A stretch of 64,000 nucleotides of DNA from Candidatus Omnitrophota bacterium (GCA_043808175.1 JAZDFE010000007.1:16099-80098); one strand, 5' to 3'. Counted from the stretch's first letter, positions 1 through 9,908 are shown. Program-made: numbers and translations. The notes: generated from the letters alone by a model not told the origin.

Positions 1-746
1 AGAAGATCGTGCTTCGTTATCATGGCAAGGGCCCGAAGAAGATCTATATCGACGTCAAGAAACAAGGCCCGGTCAAGGCCGGCGATATCCAAGCGGATGA
101 GACGGTCGAGATTGTGAATCCCGAACTCGTACTCTGCACCCTGAGCAAATCCCACACCTTCAAGATGGAAATGGAAGTGGGCCGTGGCCGCGGTTATGTT
201 CCTGCCGAAAAAAACAAGCAAGAAGGTGCCTCCATTGGCGTGGTGACGGTCGATTCGTGCTTTTCTCCCGTGAACAAAGTGAATTTCTACGTGGAAGACA
301 CCCGCGTAGGGCAAGTGACCGATTATGACCGTCTGGTCCTGGAGATATGGACGAACGGCGCTATGGGCCCGGAAGAAGCGCTCCTTTACGCGTCGAACAT
401 TCTCCAACGGCATCTCGATGTCTTCGTGAACTACGGCGAATTGCCGGAAGAAGAGGAAGAAGAAGAGGTTGAGGACAAAGAATTTTTGGATATGATCCAC
501 AAGCCTATCAGCGAGTTGGAGCTTTCTGTTCGAAGCGCCAACTGTCTTGAGGCCGCTAATATCAAAACGATCGGGGAGCTTATTCAGAAGACGGAAGGGC
601 AAATGCTCAAATACAAAAACTTTGGGAAAAAGTCCCTCAACGAGATCAACGCGATCTTGGTCGGGATGAACCTTCATCTCGGCATGAACATCGAGGACTC
701 TTCACCGAACAAGGGCGCGACGCACGCGGCCTCGGCAGAATCATAA
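1..746 (+). CDS. rpoA: RNA polymerase alpha subunit (5'-partial)
   Basis: GRGYVPA, FSPV..V.F.VEDTRVGQ.TDYDRL.LEIWTNG and alpha-CTD LELSVRSANCL...KNFGKKSLNEI; frame open from window start; followed by rplQ. Confidence 0.98.
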   Translation, partial: KIVLRYHGKGPKKIYIDVKKQGPVKAGDIQADETVEIVNPELVLCTLSKSHTFKMEMEVGRGRGYVPAEKNKQEGASIGVVTVDSCFSPVNKVNFYVEDTRVGQVTDYDRLVLEIWTNGAMGPEEALLYASNILQRHLDVFVNYGELPEEEEEEEVEDKEFLDMIHKPISELELSVRSANCLEAANIKTIGELIQKTEGQMLKYKNFGKKSLNEINAILVGMNLHLGMNIEDSSPNKGATHAASAES

Positions 747-755
747 GGATTCATC

Positions 756-1307
756 ATGCGCCATCAACGTCGCAGAAGGACATTAGGGGTCGTCACCGCT
801 CATCGCACGGCGAAGCTCAGGAATCTCGTGCGGGCGCTCGTCCTAAAAAAACGGATCGAGACGACGCACGCCAAAGCCAAAGAGACCAGCGCGTTCGCGG
901 ATAAGATGATCACGATCGCGAAGCGCGAGGGGCTTCATGCCCGCCGGCTTTTGATCTCCAAAGTCCGGGATCCGGAGATCGCGCGTGTTTTGATCACCCA
1001 GATCGCCCCGCTTTTTAAGGGCCGCGAAGGCGGCTATACTCGCGTGCTCCGGCTGGGGTATCGTGCCGGGGACGGAGCCCAAATGGCTCTTTTGGAATGG
1101 ACCGCGGTCTTTGAAGCTCCTGCCAAAAAAGCCAAGAAAAAGAAAGCAACAAAACCCGCTGAGAAGGCACCTGCCAAGGAATCTCCCAAGACCGCGGATA
1201 CGAAAAAAGGGTCTGAAGTCGCGGAACAGGCAGAGAAGAAGGATCCGGAGAAAAAAGGCGGTTTTCTCGGGAAACTCCGGAAGTTCTTCAAGGGCGACGA
1301 ATACTAG
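756..1307 (+). CDS. rplQ: 50S ribosomal protein L17 with Lys/Ala-rich C-terminal extension
   Basis: MRH..., RIETT.AKAKE, R.GGYTRVLRLG.R.GDGA.MALLE. Confidence 0.97.
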   Translation: MRHQRRRRTLGVVTAHRTAKLRNLVRALVLKKRIETTHAKAKETSAFADKMITIAKREGLHARRLLISKVRDPEIARVLITQIAPLFKGREGGYTRVLRLGYRAGDGAQMALLEWTAVFEAPAKKAKKKKATKPAEKAPAKESPKTADTKKGSEVAEQAEKKDPEKKGGFLGKLRKFFKGDEY

Positions 1308-1318
1308 GAGTCTGGGGT

Positions 1319-2482
1319 ATGGAACTTTCAAGCAGAGTTCTCGCGGTAAAACCTTCCGTTACGCTTGAGATAGCCGCCAAGGCGAAGGCGATGAAAGCGC
1401 AGGGGATCGACGTAATCTCCTTGAGCGCCGGCGAACCGGACTTTGATACACCGGCCTTTATTAAAAATGCCTGCATCGAATCCCTCAAAAAAGGAAATAC
1501 CAAATACACCCCCGTCCCCGGAACCGTCGAACTCCGCCAGGCCATTTGCCGTAAACTGAAGCGTGATCAGGGCCTTGATTTTACTCCCGAGCAGATCGTA
1601 GTCGGTTGCGGCGCCAAGCATGTGATCTTTAATGTGCTTTTTGCCCTTCTGAACCCGGGCGATGAAGTGCTTATCCCCGTGCCCTACTGGTTGAGTTATC
1701 CCGAAATGGTGACTGTCCTCGGCGGCACAAGCGTTTTTCTCCCGTCGACGGAAAAGACGGATTTCAAGATCACGCCCGAGGTGCTCGCAAAAGCACTCAC
1801 GCCGCGTTCCAAGATCCTCATCCTGAACTCACCGTCGAATCCTACGGGGGCCGTTTATTCCCGGGAAGAGCTCTTGGCGCTTTGCGCGGTGCTTGAGAAG
1901 TTCCCGAACGTGACCGTGCTGAGCGACGAGATCTATGAAAAACTTGTTTTTGACGGCCGTAAACACGTTTCGATCGCGTCCTTGGATCCCGAGATCGCCA
2001 AACGTACGGTGATCGTGAACGGACACAGCAAGGCCTATGCGATGACCGGTTGGCGTTTGGGATATGCCGCATTCCCGGAAAAAACCCTTGCCAAGGCCGT
2101 GGAGAGCATCCAGAGCCACTCGACATCGAATCCGGTCTCTTTTACGCAGCCCGGCGGGGTGGTCGCCCTGGACCAGGGGGACGCAGAAGCCCAAAAGATG
2201 TGCGAAGTATTCCAGAAACGCCGCGACCTTTTCATCGAAAAACTGAAAGCCGTAAAGTCCTTCAAACCGTTCAAATCGAACGGGGCTTTCTATCTTTTCG
2301 TGGACATTCAAGGAACGGGCTTGAGCGGCTTTGAAGTCGCGAAAAAACTCCTTGATGAAGTCCATGTCGCGGTGATCCCTTGCGAGCCTTTCGGCAGTCC
2401 TCATCATATCCGCATGAGTTACGCCACCTCAGAAAAAGACATCGAAACCGCCGTCCAACGCATCGCCTCTATCTTCAAGTAG
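1319..2482 (+). CDS. aspC: Class I/II PLP aminotransferase (aspartate aminotransferase-like)
   Basis: GEPDFDTP, NSPSNPTG, SDEIYE, SKAYAMTGWRLG. Confidence 0.9.
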   Translation: MELSSRVLAVKPSVTLEIAAKAKAMKAQGIDVISLSAGEPDFDTPAFIKNACIESLKKGNTKYTPVPGTVELRQAICRKLKRDQGLDFTPEQIVVGCGAKHVIFNVLFALLNPGDEVLIPVPYWLSYPEMVTVLGGTSVFLPSTEKTDFKITPEVLAKALTPRSKILILNSPSNPTGAVYSREELLALCAVLEKFPNVTVLSDEIYEKLVFDGRKHVSIASLDPEIAKRTVIVNGHSKAYAMTGWRLGYAAFPEKTLAKAVESIQSHSTSNPVSFTQPGGVVALDQGDAEAQKMCEVFQKRRDLFIEKLKAVKSFKPFKSNGAFYLFVDIQGTGLSGFEVAKKLLDEVHVAVIPCEPFGSPHHIRMSYATSEKDIETAVQRIASIFK

Positions 2483-2534
2483 TTCCCGCCCGACCAAAAT
2501 CGCTTTTCTTGAAAAAATGAATAAGGCCACTTTG

Positions 2535-2543
2535 TGTTAAAAT
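2535..2543 (+). promoter_or_regulatory. Extended -10 element (TGtTAAAAT) upstream of mfd
   Basis: TG-n-TAAAAT ends 9 nt before ATG 2553; no SD. Confidence 0.5.
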
Positions 2544-2552
2544 ATCCCCCCT

Positions 2553-4439
2553 ATGGAGATCAGACGGCTTAGGATCAACGCGCAGATCGGGATCGGGCAG
2601 CTCGAGGAGCTTCTTACCGGGCTCCAATACCAGAAGCGGGAATATGTTGCCCTGCCCGGGGAATTCGCCGTGCGCGGCGGGGTGGTGGACATCTATCCCG
2701 TGACCTACCGGCTTCCGGTCCGCGTTCAGTTCCGGGGCGACACACCCGTCCAGATCCGTGATTTCTCGCTCGCCACCGGCGAAAGCACGGCGACCTTTGA
2801 AGAGGTGTTCCTCATCCAGGTCTCCGAGATGTTCCGGAAAAAACTCCGGCGTATGGAGGAGCGGCTTGAGACCTTCGAACCCGTGGCCGGCACCAAAGAC
2901 CTCGAGCGCGGAGACCTCGTGGTGCACCTCAAGTACGGCATCGGCCGTTTTCTCGGTACCAAGACCATTCAAATGCAGGGGGTCCGCACCCGTTGCATGG
3001 CGATCGAATACGCCGAGCGTGAGATCCTTTACCTTTCCGTTGAAGAGCCCGTGGAGCGTTACATCGGCGGCTCCGGCGCAGGGCCGAAACTTACCAAGCT
3101 CAATACCCAGGAATGGGAGAGGATCAAGCACCGGACGCGAACGGCGCTCCACAAGGTCGCCAAAGACCTTCTTGAGATCCAGGCCAAGCGCAGTCTCTTG
3201 CAAGGGCTGGCTTTCCCGAAGGACACGCCGTGGCAAAAAGAGTTCGAAAAAGAATTCCCTTTTGAGGAAACGCCCGGGCAAAAGCGCGCGATCGAAGAAG
3301 TAAAACGGGATATGGAATCCTCGGGGCCAATGGATCGCCTGCTTTGCGGGGACGTGGGCTACGGTAAGACCGAGGTCGCGATGCGCGCGGCATTCAAGGC
3401 GGTGATGGGAGGCAAGCAGGTGGCCTTCCTGGTGCCGACCACGATCCTTGCCGAACAGCATTATGTTTTACTGAAAGAGCGCGCGAAAAATTTTCCGGCC
3501 ACAGTCGAGCTTCTCTCCCGATTCCAATCCCCGAAAGAACAAAAAGTGATCGTCAGGTCCCTCCAGGAAGGCGCGACGGACGTCGTGATCGGCACGCACC
3601 GCCTGCTTTCCAAGGATATCCGGTTCAAGGATCTCGGACTTGTCATTATCGACGAGGAACAGCGCTTCGGCGTACGACACAAGGAAAAGCTGAAACAGAT
3701 GCGCAAGCAAGTGGATGTCCTGACGCTTACGGCCACGCCCATCCCGAGGACACTCCATATGGCGCTCCTCGGCGTGCGCGATATGTCGGTCATCGATACT
3801 CCGCCCAAGAGCCGGATGCCGATCGAGACCTTTGTCATGGAATATCATGAGACGATTATCAAGCAGGCGATCGAACGGGAACTTACGCGCAAGGGGCAGG
3901 TCTATTTTGTGCACAACCGTGTGCAGTCGATCGAACGAGTCTATGAGCGGATGCAAACAATTTTACCCGACGTGCGGTTTGGGGTCATGCACGGGCAGAT
4001 GCCGGTCGATGGGCTTGAAACCGTGATGAAAGCATTCCTGAAGGGCGAGATTGATTGTCTTATCTCAACCTGCATCGTGGAATCCGGAATCGATATCCCG
4101 AACGTGAATACGCTCCTTGTGGACCGGGCCGATTGCTTTGGGCTCGCGGATCTTTATCAACTGCGGGGCCGCGTGGGGCGTTTCAAGGAAAAGCGGCAAG
4201 CCTACGCTTATTTTCTGATCCCGAAGAACTGGGTGATGACCCAGGACGCCCAAAAAAGGCTTTCCGCCATCGAAAAATTCACCCAGCTGGGCTCGGGTTT
4301 TAAGATCGCGATGGAGGATCTCGAGATCCGCGGCGCCGGGAACCTGCTCGGGCATGAGCAAAGCGGTTTCATTCAGGCTGTGGGTTTTGATCTTTACTGC
4401 CGTATGCTCAAAAAAGCCGTGGAAGAGCAGCGTAAATAA
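2553..4439 (+). CDS. mfd: Transcription-repair coupling factor, compact form (628 aa)
   Basis: GEFAVRGGVVDIYP, RID GDLVVHLKYGIGRF, GDVGYGKTEVA, DEEQRFG, TATPIPRT, QLRGRVGR, DLEIRGAGNLLG.EQSG. Confidence 0.93.
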   Translation: MEIRRLRINAQIGIGQLEELLTGLQYQKREYVALPGEFAVRGGVVDIYPVTYRLPVRVQFRGDTPVQIRDFSLATGESTATFEEVFLIQVSEMFRKKLRRMEERLETFEPVAGTKDLERGDLVVHLKYGIGRFLGTKTIQMQGVRTRCMAIEYAEREILYLSVEEPVERYIGGSGAGPKLTKLNTQEWERIKHRTRTALHKVAKDLLEIQAKRSLLQGLAFPKDTPWQKEFEKEFPFEETPGQKRAIEEVKRDMESSGPMDRLLCGDVGYGKTEVAMRAAFKAVMGGKQVAFLVPTTILAEQHYVLLKERAKNFPATVELLSRFQSPKEQKVIVRSLQEGATDVVIGTHRLLSKDIRFKDLGLVIIDEEQRFGVRHKEKLKQMRKQVDVLTLTATPIPRTLHMALLGVRDMSVIDTPPKSRMPIETFVMEYHETIIKQAIERELTRKGQVYFVHNRVQSIERVYERMQTILPDVRFGVMHGQMPVDGLETVMKAFLKGEIDCLISTCIVESGIDIPNVNTLLVDRADCFGLADLYQLRGRVGRFKEKRQAYAYFLIPKNWVMTQDAQKRLSAIEKFTQLGSGFKIAMEDLEIRGAGNLLGHEQSGFIQAVGFDLYCRMLKKAVEEQRK

Positions 4440-4443
4440 GTCG

Positions 4444-4544
4444 TACCACGGGACACGATACCACGAGCCACGTGGTACGTGGACCGTGGTGCGTGGAGCG
4501 TATGATTCTTATCTGCGTTGACCGTTGCGCGTTGCGCGTTGCGC
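4444..4544. repeat. 7-bp-period inverted array (CCACGnn / CGTGGnn) followed by GCGTTGC-like x4
   Basis: taccacg ggacacg ataccacg agccacg | tggtacg tggaccg tggtgcg tggagcg; then gcgttga ccgttgc gcgttgc gcgttgc. Confidence 0.8.
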
Positions 4545-4559
4545 AATAAGGGTTATAAT
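4532..4559 (+). promoter_or_regulatory. Sigma70-like promoter TTGCGC-N16-TATAAT for surA-pdxA-rsmA
   Basis: Perfect -10; the -35 is supplied by a heptamer repeat unit. Confidence 0.55.
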
Positions 4560-4568
4560 GTGGCCCCT

Positions 4569-5537
4569 ATGATGAAAATCGTTCTATTCTCTCTAATAAT
4601 GACTTTATCCGTGCCATTCGCCCGCGCCGCGGAACAGGAATTGCTGGATCGCGTGGTGGCGGTGGTCAATGACGAGGTCATCACCCAGGCCGAACTGGAT
4701 ACTTTCCTCCGCCCGATCTATGAACAATACAGCAAGGAATACAGCGGCGCGGAATTGGTGAAAGCGATCGACGAGGTTCGCCAAAAGATCCTAGGCCAGA
4801 TGATCGAGGATAAGCTTGTATACCAGGAAGCGGTCCTGATGGGGATCGAGATCAAGGAAGAAGACGAGGAGAAGGAGTTCCAGGAGTTCAAGTCCAAGCT
4901 GGAAAAACCCGGGGACTTGGACGAGATGCTTGAGCGGGAAGGTCTTACGATGAAAGCTCTGCGCGAGCGGCTCAAGAAGCAGGCGATGGTCCGTCAGCTT
5001 CAGGATCGCGAGATCCGTTCCAAGGTGATCGTGTCTCCTGCCGAGATAGAAGCTTTTTTCAAGAATAATCCTGACAAGTTCAAGAGCAAGGAGCGCATCC
5101 GGGTCAAGTCGCTTACGATCAAGAAAAGCGAAGAAGCGCGCGCGAAGGGTTTGACGGACGAAAAAGCAAAGCAACGGATCGGGCTTTTGGCGCAAAAGAT
5201 CCGGCTCGATCGCAATTTTGATCAGATCGTCAAGGATCTTTCCGAAGATAGCCATGCCAAAGAGGAAGGCCTGGGAGAATGGATCGAGCGCGGCGCCATG
5301 ATCGAATCCGTGGATGAAGTGATCTTTAAAACTCCCGTGGGAGCAATCACCGGGGTTGTGGAGACTCCCATCGGGTATCATATTTTTCGTATCGAGGCGA
5401 AAGAGCCTGAGAAGGTTCGGACTTTTGAGGAAGTGAAAGATCAGATTGCGGGATATCTCTTTCAGGAAAAAAGTAACGTGAGGTTCCACGACTGGATGGA
5501 GGAAATCAAGAAGGCGGCCTATATTTCAATCAAATAA
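4569..5537 (+). CDS. surA: SurA-like periplasmic chaperone / PpiC-type PPIase
   Basis: Signal peptide from ATG 4569; DRVVAVVNDEVIT; rotamase motifs SED...GLG and VETPIGYHIF; upstream of pdxA-rsmA. Confidence 0.85.
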   Translation: MMKIVLFSLIMTLSVPFARAAEQELLDRVVAVVNDEVITQAELDTFLRPIYEQYSKEYSGAELVKAIDEVRQKILGQMIEDKLVYQEAVLMGIEIKEEDEEKEFQEFKSKLEKPGDLDEMLEREGLTMKALRERLKKQAMVRQLQDREIRSKVIVSPAEIEAFFKNNPDKFKSKERIRVKSLTIKKSEEARAKGLTDEKAKQRIGLLAQKIRLDRNFDQIVKDLSEDSHAKEEGLGEWIERGAMIESVDEVIFKTPVGAITGVVETPIGYHIFRIEAKEPEKVRTFEEVKDQIAGYLFQEKSNVRFHDWMEEIKKAAYISIK

Positions 5538-5541
5538 AACA

Positions 5542-5652
5542 GGATGACGGAGGGCGGAAGGAGGATGACGAAGAAAGACAGGATGAAAAAGGGCAGAAAG
5601 CTAATAACGAAAAACCCAAGACTCCATCCATCCTCCGCCATCCGGCATCCGG
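5542..5652. repeat. 7-bp-period inverted arms (GGATGAC/GGAGGGC ... CCATCCG) overlapping the pdxA 5' end
   Basis: ggatgac ggagggc ggaagga ggatgac ... ccatcca tcctccg ccatccg gcatccg; right arm translates HPSSAIRHP. Confidence 0.75.
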
Positions 5653-6644
5653 TGATCGCAATCACCATGGGCGATCCGGGCGGCATCGGCCCCGAGATCC
5701 TCGTGAAGGCCCTCCAAAAGGAAAAACCCTCCAAGCGCTTGGCCTATCTTCTGATAGGGTCCCGGCAGGCGTTTAAAACACTGTGTCAAAAAACAGGCCT
5801 TTGGCTTCCGTTTCAAACCGCTCCTTCCGTTCTTTCCGGGTCCCTTCGCGCCGGGAATATTTACTTTCTTGATGTTTCACAGGGACCTTCCGGTAACGAG
5901 ACATTTCAAATAGGGAAGTTATACCGCGAAAACGGGCGGCTTGCGCTCTTGGCGATCAAAAAAGCAGCCTCTTTGGCAAAACAAGGGATCATCGATGCGA
6001 TCGTGACCGCGCCGGTGAACAAGACAGCGATCCGCCTTGTCGACGGAAAATTCATCGGCCACACGGAGTTCCTCGCCGGGAAAGCCAAGGTCCGGCGATT
6101 TGCCATGATGTTCATGAGCCCTCGCCTTAATGTGACGCTTGCGACCATTCACGTGCCGCTCAAAAAAGTAAGCGGGCTGCTCACAAAAAAGTCCATCCTT
6201 GAAAAGATCCGCCTGACGAATGAAATGCTTAAAGAAGGGCTCGCCATCAAAAAACCCAGGATCGCGATCTGTGCTTTGAACCCGCACGGCAAAGAATTCG
6301 GGGAGGAAGAGACGAAAGTGATCGAACCTGCAGTCCGTGCGGCATGCCGCGAGGGCATGGACGCTTCGGGGCCGTTTTCGGCCGATCTTCTTTTCCATGC
6401 CGCTTATCAGGGTCGATATGATGCGGTGATCGGTATGTACCATGATCAGGCGCTCGCGCCGTTCAAGCTGATCGCGTTCCACGACGGCGTGAACGTCACA
6501 CTCGGGCTTCCCTATGTCCGCACCTCTCCGGACCACGGCACGGCTTTTGATATTGCTTATCAGGGCAAGGCCGATCCTTCCTCCATGCTTGCGGCGCTCC
6601 GCCTTGCCGAGAAAGCCGTACTTGCGAAATGCTCACGCAGATAG
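5544..6644 (+). CDS. pdxA: 4-hydroxythreonine-4-phosphate dehydrogenase (start may be 5565 or 5583)
   Basis: ITMGDPGGIGPE, TAPVNK, GHTEFL, ALNPH, MYHDQ, RTSPDHGTAFDIA. Confidence 0.95.
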   Translation: MTEGGRRMTKKDRMKKGRKLITKNPRLHPSSAIRHPVIAITMGDPGGIGPEILVKALQKEKPSKRLAYLLIGSRQAFKTLCQKTGLWLPFQTAPSVLSGSLRAGNIYFLDVSQGPSGNETFQIGKLYRENGRLALLAIKKAASLAKQGIIDAIVTAPVNKTAIRLVDGKFIGHTEFLAGKAKVRRFAMMFMSPRLNVTLATIHVPLKKVSGLLTKKSILEKIRLTNEMLKEGLAIKKPRIAICALNPHGKEFGEEETKVIEPAVRAACREGMDASGPFSADLLFHAAYQGRYDAVIGMYHDQALAPFKLIAFHDGVNVTLGLPYVRTSPDHGTAFDIAYQGKADPSSMLAALRLAEKAVLAKCSRR

Positions 6645-7480
6645 AGCTGCTTAAAAAATACGCGCTCCGGATCCGTGGCCATTTTGGCCAGCACCTCTTG
6701 ATGGACCCAAACACGATCCGCAAGATCGTGGACGCCCTGGATCTTCAACCCGGCGAACACGTTTTTGAGATCGGGCCGGGACTGGGGGCAGTGACGCGGG
6801 AGGTCCTGCGGCGGGGGTTTCCTTTGCTCGCGGTGGAAACAGACAAGAAGTTCGTCGAGATCCTGACGCGAGAACTTAGCCCGGAGCATCCCGATCGCTT
6901 CAAATTGATCCAGGGCGATATTCTTAAAAGCGATCCTACGAAAATGATCCGCGAATGGGCCGGTCCCGGGGTCAGGGCAAAGGTGATCGGGAATCTTCCT
7001 TACTACATCAGCACGCCCATTCTTTTTCATTTGATCGAGCACGCCAAAGTTTTTTCGAAAGCCGTGCTCATGCTCCAAAAAGAGGTGGCTGCGCGGCTTA
7101 CCGCGCAAGCGGGGGATAAAGACTATGGACGCTTGAGCGTTACAAGCCGGCTCTACGGAGAAGCGCAGTTCCTTTTCGATGTTTCGCCGAAGTGTTTTCT
7201 CCCGCCGCCCGAAGTTACTTCGCGGGTCGTGCGGTATGCTTTTCGAAGCGATATCAAACCAGGTCACGAAAAATTCCTTCTCGAGATCATCCGGGTCGCG
7301 TTCAGCCAGCGGCGCAAAACCCTTTTGTCATTACTGGCGCATCATTTTAAGTCCGAGCATGGGCGTGAAGATCTTGAGCGTATTTTCGAAAAGCTCGGCT
7401 TTTCCACCAAAATCCGAGGCGAAACCCTTTCTCTCGAGCAATTCGGCCTTCTTGCGGAGGCTTTGGAAACGGCCCGTTAG
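6629..7480 (+). CDS. rsmA: 16S rRNA m6,2A dimethyltransferase
   Basis: GQHLL, EIGPGLG, GNLPYYIS, MLQKEVA.R, F.P.P.V.S, F.QRRKTL. Confidence 0.96.
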   Translation: MLTQIELLKKYALRIRGHFGQHLLMDPNTIRKIVDALDLQPGEHVFEIGPGLGAVTREVLRRGFPLLAVETDKKFVEILTRELSPEHPDRFKLIQGDILKSDPTKMIREWAGPGVRAKVIGNLPYYISTPILFHLIEHAKVFSKAVLMLQKEVAARLTAQAGDKDYGRLSVTSRLYGEAQFLFDVSPKCFLPPPEVTSRVVRYAFRSDIKPGHEKFLLEIIRVAFSQRRKTLLSLLAHHFKSEHGREDLERIFEKLGFSTKIRGETLSLEQFGLLAEALETAR

Positions 7481-7524
7481 CCGTTTCCCGCAGTTGTTTA
7501 TTTGTTGTATAATACCGCCCTCTT

Positions 7525-8532
7525 ATGACCACCACACTGAATCTCGAGACGATTTATGCGCCGGTGCAAGCCAGCATGAGCCGGGTCCCATCGCTTATCC
7601 GGGAGACGCTCGACACTCCCATTCTCAAGATGCAAGAGATGGTGGACCATTTTTTTTCGAAGAACGGGAAGCTCCTACGGCCGGCCTTCGTTTTTCTAGG
7701 AGCCGGTCTTTCAAGGACTTTAAAATACGAACAGGAGATCTCGTCCGAGCGCAACGAAACAGCGGAGCTTCATCTTGCCGCAGCAGCCGAGATCTTCCAT
7801 GCCGCGACGCTCATTCATGACGACATCATTGATTCCGCACCCTTACGGCGGGGTGTTTCAGCCCTTCACATTCGATCAGGGTCCCAGGCGGCGGTTCTCG
7901 CGGGGGATTACTTTCATGACCGCGCCATCGTAACAATCTTTCGTTATGGCGATAACCGGATCATTCCGCTTTTCCTCCGGACGGCCGGCGAGATCTGTGA
8001 AGGAGAGGTTCAGGAGATCAGTGAAAAAAAGAACATCAACATGACCGAAGAGATCCATCTCGAGATCATCCGGAAAAAAACAGCGTCGTTCCTTGCGTGC
8101 GCCCTTCAGACGGGGGCGTTTATTTGGGGGATCGAACCGGAGAAAGCAGAGGCCCTCGGCCGGTTCGGGGAATTTTTCGGAATGGCGTTCCAGATCACGG
8201 ATGACTATCTGGATTTTTCCGGCGAAGAAAGCAAATTCGGAAAAACTCTCGGGTCGGACCTGGAAGAAGGAGTCTACACGCTTCCCGTGATTCATTGCCT
8301 CGCATCGGGAGAGCGGGACAAAGTCGTTCGCATTCTTTATTCCCGCAGCCACAAAAGACGTTTTTCCATACTTCGGGAGACTCTTGAAAAAAACGGGGCC
8401 CTGGATTATGCGCTTGCCAAGGCAAAAGGGTTTATGGACATGGCCAAACGCGAACTCGAGGTTTTCCCGCCGTCCATTTTCAGGACAAGTCTCGAACAGC
8501 TTGCGGATTATGCTCTTGGGCGGAATTGTTGA
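7525..8532 (+). CDS. Polyprenyl diphosphate synthase (IspB/HepT-like)
   Basis: GKLLRP, FARM HDDIID..LRRG, KTA, SARM FQITDDYLD; TATAAT at 7508-7513. Confidence 0.92.
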   Translation: MTTTLNLETIYAPVQASMSRVPSLIRETLDTPILKMQEMVDHFFSKNGKLLRPAFVFLGAGLSRTLKYEQEISSERNETAELHLAAAAEIFHAATLIHDDIIDSAPLRRGVSALHIRSGSQAAVLAGDYFHDRAIVTIFRYGDNRIIPLFLRTAGEICEGEVQEISEKKNINMTEEIHLEIIRKKTASFLACALQTGAFIWGIEPEKAEALGRFGEFFGMAFQITDDYLDFSGEESKFGKTLGSDLEEGVYTLPVIHCLASGERDKVVRILYSRSHKRRFSILRETLEKNGALDYALAKAKGFMDMAKRELEVFPPSIFRTSLEQLADYALGRNC

Positions 8533-8538
8533 CCGGCC

Positions 8539-9237
8539 ATGTTGACCATTGTCCCGACGCCGATCGGTAATCTTTCAGACATCACGTTCAGGGCGCTTGA
8601 GGTCTTGAAACAGGCGGACATCATCGTCTGTGAGGATACGCGACAGACGCAGAAACTTCTCCAGCATTACGGGATCGTGAAACAGCTGCTCAGCTATCAC
8701 GATCATAGCACTCCGCAGAAGACAGCGGGGGTTGTAGCTCTTCTCAGGGAAGGAAAGCGTCTCGCGTTGGTTTCAGACGGTGGAATGCCGCTGGTATCCG
8801 ATCCGGGGTTCCAGGTCGTTCACGCGGCGCTTGCGGAGCAACTGCCGCTGGAGGTGTTGCCGGGGCCGTCGGCAGTCACAACAGCACTCGTTTTAAGCGG
8901 CCTTCCGACGGACAGTTTCAGTTTTTTGGGTTTTCTCTCCAATAAGGGTGAACGGCGCAAGCATGAGCTCCGGGCGCTCGCAGAGCGGGAAGAAACGCTC
9001 ATTTTTTTTGAGTCCCCCTTCAGAATCGTGAAAATGCTTCAGGATGCAAGCGAGATTTTGGGAGATCGGGAAGCTGCGGTTGCACGCGAACTTACGAAAA
9101 AATTCGAAGAGATTTTGCGCGGCAACCTGTCCGAACTCATCCGGGATATGACGCAAAAGCCCCGCAAAGGTGAGATGGTGGTTCTGATATCGGGCAAGGA
9201 CCGGAAAAGCGTTTTACCCAAGAGGAAAACCCCATGA
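8539..9237 (+). CDS. rsmI: 16S rRNA C1402 2'-O-methyltransferase
   Basis: PTPIGNL.DIT.RA, CEDTR, SDGGMP.VSDPG, ESP.R, RELTK.FEE. Confidence 0.96.
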   Translation: MLTIVPTPIGNLSDITFRALEVLKQADIIVCEDTRQTQKLLQHYGIVKQLLSYHDHSTPQKTAGVVALLREGKRLALVSDGGMPLVSDPGFQVVHAALAEQLPLEVLPGPSAVTTALVLSGLPTDSFSFLGFLSNKGERRKHELRALAEREETLIFFESPFRIVKMLQDASEILGDREAAVARELTKKFEEILRGNLSELIRDMTQKPRKGEMVVLISGKDRKSVLPKRKTP

Positions 9238-9812
9238 AGCGTATCGCGTTTTTGGTGTCGGGTTCTGGAACCAATATGGAGAATTTGATCCGACGGATTC
9301 GGGCGGGGGAGATCCATGCCGAAGCCGCGGTCGTGATCTCAAACAAGCCCGGCGTGAAGGCGCTCGAGAAGGCGGCTGCGCTTGGGGTGAAAACGGTCGT
9401 GATCGATCATAAGGTATACGCGGATCGGGCGGCTTTTGATCAGGCCCTTAGCGAATGTCTTGAAAAACACAAGGTCGATATCATTGTGCTGGCTGGGTTC
9501 ATGCGCATCCTGACCGAAGAATTCGTAAAAAAACACCATGGCCGGCTTATTAACATTCATCCCGCGCTTTTGCCGGCATTTCCGGGAGCTCACGCGATTA
9601 AAGACGCCTGGGGCGCGAAAGTGAAGGAGACCGGCGTAACGGTTCATTTTGTCGATGCGGGGGTGGACACCGGCCCCGTTATCCTCCAGCGCAAAGTCCC
9701 GATTCTCCCCAAGGATACGCTTGAGACGCTAGAATCCCGCGTCCACAGACTCGAATACGAAATTTACCCCCAGGCCTTGAATCTCGTATTGTCCGGAAAA
9801 TTAACGATATGA
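9234..9812 (+). CDS. purN: Phosphoribosylglycinamide formyltransferase
   Basis: SGSGTN, LAGFMRIL, NIHPALLP.F.G, GVTVHFVD.GVDTGP. Confidence 0.96.
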   Translation: MKRIAFLVSGSGTNMENLIRRIRAGEIHAEAAVVISNKPGVKALEKAAALGVKTVVIDHKVYADRAAFDQALSECLEKHKVDIIVLAGFMRILTEEFVKKHHGRLINIHPALLPAFPGAHAIKDAWGAKVKETGVTVHFVDAGVDTGPVILQRKVPILPKDTLETLESRVHRLEYEIYPQALNLVLSGKLTI

Positions 9813-9836
9813 GCGGGTTTTAACTGCCCACGGTGC

Positions 9837-9864
9837 TGGACACCCTCTGGGGATTTGTTATAAT
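9837..9864 (+). promoter_or_regulatory. Sigma70-like promoter TGGACA-N16-TATAAT (extended -10) for eno
   Basis: Near-consensus hexamers; SD AAGGAG before ATG 9930. Confidence 0.65.
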
Positions 9865-9908
9865 CATGCTCGAATTCAAGTGGTTTTCTTGCCTGGCATT
9901 CTCTTTAA

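Noticed and set aside
1110-1300. Lys/Ala-rich tail of L17 as a repeat insertion
   Set aside because: Such L17 extensions are common and no DNA-level palindrome or periodicity was seen.
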